Of a DNA stretch of 49,772 bases, positions 27,601-39,600 are shown in pieces. The notes under the pieces are model-generated. The model ran no database searches and was not told the DNA's origin. It worked only from the letters and a program-made list of their open reading frames with translations. The position numbers and the translations under genes are program-made. Numbering within the stretch: position 1 is the first letter of the stretch; each line of letters opens with the position of its first letter. Location: NCBI RefSeq assembly GCF_001194135.2, contig NC_068997.1, forward strand, positions 5,475,719-5,525,490. Reading direction: 5' to 3'. This DNA comes from Octopus bimaculoides. Taxonomy: Eukaryota.

Positions 27601-30600
27601 TAAGGGCCTCTCGCTCATGGTGAAAGGTAAACTGGATGATGCATGTGTGCTACAAGGTAGTGAAACATGGGACATGAATGCTGAGTACATGCGTAGGCTT
27701 GAAAGAAATGAAGCTAGTATGATCCACTGGATATGTAATGTCAGTGTGCATACACGACGACAGTGTAAGCACCCTGAGAGAAAAGTTGGGCATAAGAAGC
27801 AGCAAATGTGGTGTGCAAGAGAAGCGACTGCACTGGTATGGTCATGTGTTATGTATGAATGAAGACAGTTGTGTGAGGAAGTGCCACTCCCTAACTGTAG
27901 AAGGAACCGGTGGAAGAGGTTGACCCAGGAAGACATGGGACGAGGTGGTGAAGCACAACCTTCGAACATTGGGCCTCACAGAGGCAATGACAGGAGGCCT
28001 TTGGAGGTATGCTGTAATTGAGAAGACCCAGCAACTAAAGTGAGATCGCAACTACGCATGTCCAGCCCTGTTAAGAATACCCCTAATGCATCAGGTGATA
28101 TATACTTAAGAAGACCTGTTGAGTCAAGTAAAACCAATATCATAGCTGTAGCCAGTTCCCCCTGACTGGCTCCCATGCTGGTGGCACGTAAAAAGCACCA
28201 TCTGAACATGATCGATGCCAGGTCCGCCTGACTGGCTCCCGTGCCAGTGGCATATAAAAAGCACCATTCGAACGTGGCCAATACCAGTACCCTGTGCCAG
28301 TGGCATAGGAAAAGCACTATCTGAATGTGATCGATGCCAGGCCTGCCTGACTGGCGCCTGTGCCGGTCGCACATAAAAAGCACCCACTACACTCTCGGAG
28401 TGGTTGGTGTTAGGAAAGGCATCCAGCTGTAGAAACATTGCCAGATCGGGTTGGTGCCTTGTGCAGCCGCTGGCTCTCCAGACATCAGTCAAACCATCCA
28501 ACCTATGTCAGCATGGAAAACGGACGTTAAACGATGATGATCACACACACACACACACATGCTGGTGACACAAAATATATAAATATATATTAATGACAAG
28601 CAACCAAATCCACTTGTATATTGTTTGTTTAACTGTTTTCCTTAATATCCATTGTTCCTTACTAGTATGACAGCAGGCAATGGATGCAGTATCTTTACAA
28701 ATGGATGTTCTCCCTATTCTCATCCCATATTTTTTTTCATATGTAAGGGATTTTTTTTATTCCAGGGAATTTTAAAGTGTGGAGTTAGCAAACGATTTGT
28801 TGACAGCAAATATCAACAAGCATCACCGGTTGCAAATGTCTGTACAGACACACATGCATGAATGTGTGCGTGCGTGCGTGCATGTATGTATGTGTGAGTG
28901 CTTGCATCATGCACTGGTTATAAACAAACATTACCATCATACAAGCAGTTGCATTTGTTTGCAATCTCCCATACAAACAGGTCTGGATTTGAAGAACAGA
29001 TGCTGCTGAGAAAAGGTCAGGGTTGAGGACAAGAAGAGCCTCTGACTGTAGAAAACCCTAAACAAATTTTGTCCCACTCATGCAAGAATGGAAAAGTAGA
29101 CATTAAAAATGATGATGAAGGTGATGAAAAGTTATGCATTCTATACCAGAGACACAATGAAATAGCTGTAGGGGAGTGACTCCAAGATTCAATGAACTAG
29201 TTGTTAGTGCCACAATGAATAAAACAGAGATAGGGATGTGAGAAGAAGAGAGAAAGAGAGATGTTAGAAGTTGGAAGATAAATACCTGATAGCCGTTGGG
29301 AAAAGTTCTGTAAAGAGAAGGTATAATATACTGTAGGATCCACTCATGCCAAACCTACCAACCATTGTACAGAGTATTGTAAAGATGTATATCAGAGGTG
29401 TCTGGAAAGTATCTGAAGAGAAAAACAAAAAACAAAAAAAAAACAATCTTGTAAACAGCTACACAATTCTTTTCTGGAAGTTTAATACTTTAGTGTTTAT
29501 AATCCATAATGGCTTATTTTATCAACTGTGAGAGGATGAAAGACAGTCAAGCCAAGCGAGGTTGTTTATTTGCCACAATGCCTTGAAAGATACAATAAAA
29601 TACAATAAACAAAGAACTTGCAAAGATATGCTGGCCAGGGTAAATGATTTATATAAATATACCTTCCTGTAGATATATAGGTCTTAGAGGATTTGCTGGA
29701 ACCCTTTTCCAGGCCATTTTCTACAGTTGGAGGCTCTTACTGTCATCAACCCTCACCTTTTCTCAGCAGCATCTGTTAATCTATATAAATACATATATTT
29801 TGCTTAGGCAAGTTCTACATAACTTGGTGTAGAACTCAGTATATTTATGCTTCAGAATGAAGCATTAGTTGAGTATAGAGTGATAGTAAGAAAATGAGAT
29901 GACAAAGGAATAAATGATTATTTTATGAACTTCATTAGCTTACAGTTGTTTCTGCTATAAGATGTAGTGGACTCGTTGTTGAGTGCTTGCGTAATGCCTT
30001 ACAACTTCTAACAAATCTAAAACCATTATGGATTATAAACATTTGTGAGCTGAGGGTGCTGCTGTATTCTGTTTGTTTAAATGCAGGAGTTGATGTGCCA
30101 TCAGGAGGTGAAGCAGATCTGTAGGTGCTTCAGCCCCTTCCACCATGACACCAGAGCTGCCTGGAGTCACTTACCAAGGTAGGCAACAAAACTCCCACAC
30201 AACATAAGCTTTGTCGAGTCAATGCTTGTTCTTGTGCACAACTCATCCTCTCTTGAGCTAGAAGATATAATGGCTTGCTTTCTCAGAAGCTTTTGACAAT
30301 TTTTTGGCAACATCTTTTCTCTCCTTCACAACAAGTTCAAAACTTCTGAGCATCAAGTGAACCTGGGTTCCAGCAAATCCTCTAAGACCTATATATCTAC
30401 AGGAAGGTATATTGCCTCCAATCCATTGTTTTCACAGAATTCAACCAATTCTATTTTCTGTCTTTCCTGGGGAATATAAAGTGGTGCATCTAGTCTAAGC
30501 AATGGACTCATTACATTGGACACAAAGTCACCTCAGCCATATGATCTCCAATATAATATACCCCTAACTTTTTATAAACTCATCATCATCATCTAAACTG

Positions 30601-33600
30601 GTATGGTTTGACAGGATCTGACAGATCCAAGGACTGCACCATACTGCAATGTCTGCTTCAGTATGGTTTGTATGAGTAAATAACTTTCATAATGCTAACC
30701 ATATTACAGACGCATATTGGGTGCGTTGTTTTCATAGCACCAACACTAGTGAGGTCACCATTAAGACCCCCTTTGGCTAAATGGGACTACAGTGAAGAGG
30801 AAGGCAGCTTTATACTAGATATTACCTGGAAAGAAATAACACTGTTATTAATAAGAAGAGTTAAAATTAATGCAGGCAAGATTTCACAACTCTAGCATCA
30901 CTCTTTTATGGTCGGCTTCTGAACTTTTCAGCCCACTTTCGTAAAGAAAAAAGTCATTGTTCATAAACTGAGATTATCTTTTAAAACCATCAAAGTCTGA
31001 TTCCTCATCTCTATTTCCAAATAATTCCAACTATTTTCCTTTATTTAGTTTCTCTTTGTAATTACCACCTTAAGTAACAGGTATATTATGTTTCTATATG
31101 TGTGTCAAAGTGTAAATAAATAAAGTATAGAAAACAATCACTGTATATAGTTAGTACAAGAAATAACAGTTGCCTGAGCTAATGAATAGAAACACCTGTA
31201 AACCAAAATGTCATGGGTTTGTCCTAATGACAGTGGTTTTCCTACAATACACATCCTGTATTTATAGTAATACAAAATCCCTCAATTACAACTACTGGGG
31301 ATTGATAAAAAAGAAAAAGCATCCAGTACACTCTGTAAAGTGGTTGGTATTAGAAAAGGTATCCAGATGTAGAAACTTGTGAAAGCAGCCCTCTGGCTCA
31401 TCAGATCCTGTCAAACCACCCAACTCATGCCAGCACATAACCTAGACATTAGATGATATTTTTTTTTTCCCTACCTGAAAATGGAGGAAATACAATATCA
31501 TGGATCATTTTTAACTGAACACAGCAGCCATTTGGTCAGTTGACTGGTACATTGATAACTACACACACATTAGAAAAGATTTCAAATTAAAGTGGCTAAG
31601 AGGATCACTTACAAAAGGTGATTAAAACGTATGCTATCAAGTTTGAAAAGCCAGCTATTAGCATCATTGCTGACATGGGATAGCGGCAGCCTAATCTGTG
31701 GAAGAGAACAGAATGGACGTTTTTACTACAGAAACAAACAGATTAAAATACTGGCCACGTGGATATAGAAGTAGAATATTACATCTTCAATATGATTATT
31801 TTATGTAAAAAAGAAAATACATAGAACATATGGTGAAATAAAATATGACCTTTCCAGACTTACTGAAAGAATGTATCTCACTCAAATCGCTGAAAGATAA
31901 GGTAATTATCAACCAATATAAATTTAGAATTTATGAAAGAACACAAGAAAAATGATGAGAACTATAATGTGACCCATGCACCAAATGAACTATTGAGAGA
32001 CACTAGTGAGGGTGTCTTCTGCCATCTCCCCTTATCCTCCCCATACACTATGCCTGCCTCTCCTCTCACTCTATTGCAAAATACTCATTCACAAATCATC
32101 TTTCTCTCTCTCATCCTTCCCCTATCGACTGTGCTATTATTATTATTCTGCCACTCTTCCCCTGCTTCTGTACTGTCGGTCATTACCTACTCTCACCTAC
32201 TTTCCCCTCAATTCATATACATCATCAGTCACCCCTCCACTCTTGTCCATTACTCACTACATCCAGTCCTCTATCCTACCCAATCTCTACAGTCAACACT
32301 TACTCTAACCTATCTTCACTCCAATGTACAGAGTGCAGATGGTATTTGGGGACACATGCATTTTTAATCATTATTTTATTTCACTAATTTTTATTGAACT
32401 TCCATTTCAGAAAATAACAATGACAGGTCCTATGCTTACTAATGAAGAGGCATGCTATGATTGTGATTTTGAAGGCTAAGCATGAGGTTTTAGAAATTTC
32501 TCACTTTCTGAAAGTTGCAAGATCTTTTGTCCACAAGATTCGATGTGAGTTAGAGAAACTAGATGGAAGCGTATTACCTGTATCAAAACGTAAAAAAAAC
32601 ATTGAAGACAATCCAGAAAAATCAATGAGGTCAATTGCCAAAAAATTTCGTGTGTCAAATAAAAGGTGCAGCAATATCAAAGGAAGGCTCATCGGAAAAA
32701 TAGTTTTTGTGTGTGGCAGATGCACTGGGGCAATAAACACTGAATGTACAGTAAACAGATTCATTACATGCCAAGGAGAGAAACTAGAAGTAGTTAATAG
32801 CTTCTGCTACCGAGGTGACCAAATCTGTAGTGGGGGTGGCTGCTCTAAGAGTGTAGCGACTAGAGTAATAACCTGGGCAAAGNNNNNNNNNNNNNNNNNN
32901 NNNNNNNNNNNNNNNNNNNNNNNNNNNNNNNNNNNNNNNNNNNNNNNNNNNNNNNNNNNNNNNNNNNNNNNNNNNNNNNNNNNNNGCATGTGTGCTACAA
33001 GGTAGTGAAACATGGGACATGACTGCTGAGTACATGCGTAGGCACCCCCCCAAAAAAAACCCCAGAAATGTTGTGCATGAAAACATCAGATACAAATGTT
33101 ACATGATGAAGAGAGGTCAATTCATGTCAGAGAAAAACAAAAGAAAACTGTTTAATCAGATCCAAAAGACTTTTGAACAAACTTAAAAATCCATCACAAA
33201 ATGATGTGATTTGGTTATTTTTATAAAAATACAGTTTTCCTGTTATTATGTAAGCAATTTTTTAAAACCATAAATCTGTCCTCAAATACTATTCGCACCC
33301 TGTATATTTATCATCAACCACTCTCAACCCTTGTTCTTCATTTGTTATATTTTCCCCTTCACCCATTCCTCATCTCTGACCATCCTTCACTCTCTCCATA
33401 CACACTTGCAACCTCTACCCACTCACATTCCCTGTTCTTCTGTCTCCCCACCCCTAATTCACCTTTTTGTATCTTGAGGATTCATTCCAACACCTCATCA
33501 GAAATATTTTATCTCTCTTCCCAGCTTCACCCCAGTCACTCCCACCTTCTCTCCTATAATGTAGGTAGCCATGTAGCTCCTCCACAGCAAGAAATCTGTT

Positions 33601-36600
33601 CTGACCCCCCCTTCTCTCATACTTTAACCCCTCATCTCCTAGCATAAAGCTGCCTCTCTGTCTACTGTAGTTCTACTCAGTAAAAGGGGATCTTAGTCTT
33701 GCAAACTGTAAAGCAATGGGGAGAAGAAAAAAAAGCACCCAGTACACATTGTACAGTGGTTGGTGTTAGGAAAGGCATCTAGCTGTAGAAACTATGCCAG
33801 GACAGACACTGAGTACAATACAATCTTTGGACCTGTCAGATTCTATCAAATCGTCCAACCCATGGATGATAAGGATAGCGAAAGCAGAGTAATTCAAGAG
33901 AAATATGCTAATAAAAGGGTTAAAACCTTTTAATACCAACCTGGTGCAATGATATAAACTCCTTGTTATTGAAGTGATCAAAATTAAAACCTTCCATCTA
34001 AATTTCAAGTTAATTTATGTTCCAAACACAAGTTTAATAATGACAAGGTTATTTTATTGAATTCTTCATTACTTTCATGATGAACTGAAACAAGGGTAGT
34101 GTATTTCAACAGAAACATAGTAATGAAAGGGTTAAGGGATTTTGAGAAAATAACTTACTTGTTTGCTATCAACATTGTCACTATATATGCAAATATCTCA
34201 CAGATTGCAGTCCAGAAGAGATTCCAAGATAAGTTTCCTGGCAGAGATGGTGTACTGAGAATTATTCCAAAATAACTTAAACTGTTTATTGTCCTGGAAA
34301 CAAACATAAAAGAAAATTTTATAGGTATGTATATCCATATGTGCACATACATGCATGCATGAACACACACACTGTTGCTTTTGTTTAGCTCTAGGTCAGT
34401 CCTGACAGAGCAGATCTATGATCAGAGACTTTCTCACTGTAAGCATCTTACCTTTTTGTATATCTAAAACTACACTCAAATTTTTGACCTTGTGACTGCT
34501 AGAAATTTTATTAAATGTTTTTGTAAAGAACAACATTTAATAAAATTTTATGTTCTGATTTCAAGTCTCATCATGACTGGCTTTGCCTTTCATTTTCCTG
34601 GGGATGATAAAATATCAGTCAAAATACTAGATTTAATTTTGTTAATGACATCATTTGCTGCTGTTTGTGGTCTTGTGTTTATGTACAAATCATTGTTATT
34701 GAAGAGAAAGAGCAATGGGATGGCAGAACTATTGAAGGGTCAGGCAAAACAGCAGTGAAATGGCAGACTCATCAGAGGGCTGGGCAGAGTACCTTGCTGT
34801 GTTTAGTTACAGCCCTTTACATTCTGAGTTGAAATCTTGTGAAGGTCATCTTTATCATTCATTCTATTTTATTGAGAATGACCTCCCCCACTCCACCCCA
34901 AAAATGTGTGTGCCAATGTATGAAATTATTATTATTGTAGCAATCAGTGGATTGGCAGAAATGGTAAAAATGCTCACAGGTCTTAGTTTCATCAAGCTAT
35001 TTTCTGAATTCAGTCAAATACAGTCATTCTCTGATTAAGTTACCTAATTAAGATGGAGGATGGTAATAAAATAAGTACCAGTAATATAATAGGAAACTGG
35101 CAAGCTGGCTGTGTTATTGGCAAGTTAGACAAAATGCTAAGCAGCATATCTTATGGCTCTTTACATTCTCAGTTCTAATCCCACCGAGGACAACTTTGCC
35201 TTTAATCCCTTTGAGGATTAATAAGATAAAGAGTCAGTCAAGTACTGGGGTCATTGTAATTGATTTCCTCTCTCCCCTGAAAATTGCTGGCCTTGAACTT
35301 TGCAATGTACCAGCATCCTATTCAAGGGAATGTTGGAATGTTGTGATCTCAGTCATTTATATGTCATAGAAACTGGGTAACCAGCCTTATTGAGTCTTAG
35401 GGATCAAGAAAAAAAAATTGTGTAGTAAGAAGTTTGCTTCCCGACCACATGGTTTAAGGTATAGTACCACTGCATGGCACCTTTGGTAAGTGTCTTCTAC
35501 TATAGCCTTGGCCTTGTGAGTAGATTTGGTAGAGAGAAACTGAAACAAGCCTGTTGCGAGTGAGCGTGCGTATGTATGTATGCACACATATGTATCAACC
35601 TAGGTGCATGTGTCTTTGTGTCTGTTTGTCCACCACCATTGCTTGACAACCAGTGTTGGTGTTTAAGTCCCCATAACTTAGATCAACAAAAGAGACTGAG
35701 AGAACAAGTACCAGGCTTAAAAAAAAAGTATTGGGGTTGATTCATTCAATGAAAAATTCAAGACAGTAGCCCCAATATGGCTGCAATCTAATGATTGAAA
35801 CAAGTAAAACATACACATATAGGAAAAGGCTTAATTCAGTAGCTACGCCCACCCACTCCTATAGTCCTTGACCAATAAGTCTTGTGTCTAAATGAAAATT
35901 CAAACTGCATAAAACAAAAAAAAATCTTTCCTCGCTATTTAAGAGCAGCATGACATAAGTATAGAATATAGAACATATGAGGTGGACTTACGATATATAA
36001 AACATTATAAGTGTATATCCCAGCATTCTTGGTGTAGAAAACAATGACTTGATGTTTAATGTCATCAGTTCTGTACACTGCCAAGTGTCATTCTCTGTGA
36101 TATTTTTGTTACTATTTCCAGGTTTAGCACAAGGGTTTTCTGTAGATTCTGCAGGTTGTTCTTGAGAGTCTTTTATTGAATTCTTGCTTTGGTAGCTTTT
36201 TTGTTCATAGCTGCTATCCTGTGATTTATTCAGTGTGCTATTTGAAGGAAAATCATTTTTCACTTTAATGTCATTTAGCAATAAATCATGGTTTTGAGAA
36301 TGTTGCAATGTTTCTAAATTAAAATCACAGGGTAGATTTTTTTTATCCCATTTTGCAGCACACTTAAAAATTTCCATGATTTTTCCAAATTTTTTGTGAG
36401 TAAATAACCAGGATATTGACTCAGGAAGGTGCCTAGAGAAAAAAAAATTAAAGAGTATTAAAAAATATATTCATATTGATAAATTATGATAGAGCATTCA
36501 GCTGAATGCCCTGCAGTATTTGTTTCAGCTCTTTACATTCTGAGATCAATCCCACTGTGGTCAACTTAGCCTTTCATCCTACCAGAGAGGATAGCATTGA

Positions 36601-39600
36601 CTGACCCTGCCTCCCCTCAAAATTGCTTGCCTTGTGGTGCCTAAATTAGAAACAATTATTATGATTATTGCATTGAGGGTAGCAAGCTAGCAGAATTGTT
36701 AGCATACGAGACGAAATGGTTAGCAGCATTTCATCCATCTTCTGAGTTCAGATTCTGCTGAGATTGACTTTGCCTTTCATTCTTTCGGTGTCGATAAAAT
36801 TGGTAGCGATTACGCACTGGGGTCGATGTAATCGACTTAATCCCTTCCCCCAAATTTGAGGCCTTGTGCTTCCAGTAGAAACATTATTATTATTGAAATG
36901 ATAGAGTTGTTAGGGTATTGAACAAACTGCCTGGATTTCTAGACAGATACACTGTCCTAGGACTTTTCATTCTTCTAGATCACTCTAATATATAAAATAC
37001 CAGTTAAATATCAGGGTCAATTTCCTTGAGTTCACCCCTCGCCCCAAAATCTGTCACCCTGTACTCATTATTACAATTCACCTATGAAGGCAGCGAGCTG
37101 GCTGAATTGTTAGCATGCCAGGCAAAATGCTTAGCAGCAGTTTTTTTATTACCCACAAGGGGCGACATTCTGAATTCGAATTTCACCAAGGTCAACTTTG
37201 CCTTTCATCCTTTCAGGGTTGATGAAGTAAGTACCAGTTGTGCACTGGGATTAACGTAACTGACTTACCCTATCCCCCGAAATTGTAACACATACACATA
37301 TCAGCATCATCACCATCATCACTTTTACATCTGCTTTTCCCATGTTTGCTGGGATTGGGCAAATCTTCTTCAGCACAGTATCTCACCACTTGTCACTCGC
37401 CTGTTGTCATAGCTTTTATGAGGCTCTGCCTCTTGAAAGCATCACACACACACACACACACAAGAACATCACATAAATACACAGGCATAGAAGATATGAA
37501 AGCATCACACACACACAGAAAACATAGGAAACATTTAAAAGCATCAATATCACACACCTGAGGGAACATCTAAGACAGCACACATGAAAATATATTTTCA
37601 TACATTAACACATACATAAATGTTTCTAAAAATTTACTTACCAGCACAAGAAAATCACAACAAGATTTGGTAATGAAAGAACAATTTGCAAAATCTTCCA
37701 GTCAGAAATGAGAGCACCAAAAAGTGCCAGGGACATGATGCCGAGCGACCAAAATGAAGAAGCACCAATTACACGTAATGTTCGGCGAGTTGAAGGCAAG
37801 ACTTCGGATAACATACAGTATGCTAACAAAGCTATTGTCTGGAAAATGGAGAGGAGTAAAAGTGACAATATGTAAGATGAATGATTAGAGAACACTAAGG
37901 AAGTATTTATGAATTACACACACATACTTTCAAAAGAATGGTGACAATAACTTTTCAGTTTTAATGACATAGTATATTACTCTACTTTTGGTATTCAAGT
38001 ATCATTTTGCATCTATGTGCTTAATTATGTATACACATACATATATATACATACACACACAACAGGCTTCTTTTAATTTCTACTTATGAAATCCACTCAC
38101 AAAGCTTTGGTAAACTAAAGGCTGTAGTAGAAGACACTCACCTAGGGTGCCATGCAGTGGGACTGAATATAAAACCATGTGTTTAGGAAGGAAACTTCTT
38201 AACCACACATGTATACATATCATCTGTTGGTTAAATAACTGTGATACTCAGAAATGATTGTATGAATGAACAGGAAATAAAGGAAATGTATAAGTGATGG
38301 AAGTGGTCAAAAACTATCAGTCACTAGCAAGTGAGTATCACTCGGTAGCAATAACCATGGTTTTGCTAGTTGTTACAGTTGCCTGTGTAGATGCAGGTAG
38401 AAACAGACACCTTGTCAGCCTTCCTACCTTTGGTACAAGGATGTAACAGCTGGAAAAAGAGGACAGGTGGCAACCAGCATTTAACTGGTATTCATTTCAG
38501 CTGAGCAGAATGGAACAATGTGAAATGAAGTGTCTTGGATCAAGGACAAGGACACCACCTGCCACCACCCCAAGTATTGAACCTATAACCTCATGATTAA
38601 AAAGCCCAACACCCAAACTGTTAGACCACATGCTCCCACAATGGTAGATGTAAAGATGTGAAAATGCTGCAAGAAAAAAAATTTGGAATCAAATATCACT
38701 CACAATGTTAGCAGCACCAATAAAAAACCGTAAAATGGTGAACGTTATAATGGAGTTACTGAAGATCAAGACAAAATTTAGAATCAGTTGGATGCTAAGA
38801 AGAAAATTAAGTATTAACTTTCGACCAAACTTGTCAGCGAATGGCATTAAAATGAGGCATCCAAAGAGATTCCCAACCATGTAGATGGCTGTTGAGAGGT
38901 GAATGATGTAATCTTGATTACACACCAAGTTCCACTGAAAAAGAAAATATAAAAAAAACAGATGTTATGAAATAAATAATAAAAACATAACCTAACCTCA
39001 TAACAAAATTAATTCTTCACAATTTTCCAATGACAATATTTTGATCCCAATCCAACTTTAGACTATTTTACATCTATTTTATTGTTGTATGTATATGTGT
39101 GCAAAAATCATTATTTTTTTAATGTCTACTTTTCGATACAGTTGAGGGAGATTTACTAGAGTTAAATGCTCTTCCTGTCACCAACCCTCACCCGTTTCCA
39201 GATAGGTGAAATATTACCTCTTATCCTTCAAACATGAAGAGCCCAATAGCTGGACATATTTCATGGAAGATTGCAAACAAACAACACCATTTGTATGATA
39301 ACATTTAACAATTAGCATACAATGTCAAGAGGAGACATAAAAATAAGTATATATATATATATATACACGTGCACGTGTGTAAAAGTATGCATGTACATGT
39401 CTATGTATTTGTTTATATTTGCACTTCTATGAAAATCATTGACCTACAAGTGGTAATGTCATTTCCCCTATCAGCAAATAACCTAATGGCTTTGTGTGTT
39501 TGAAGACGTGTGGAATAAGAGATCCCTTACTTGCAAAAAGAAAAAAAGGAACAGACAAGGAAGGATTAGTGACAGGGAGGGCATTCAACTGTAAACAAAG

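Noticed and set aside
28170-28390. CRISPR-like repeat-spacer appearance
   Set aside because: Eukaryotic context, degenerate units within an RTE 3' UTR, no unique spacers and no cas genes.
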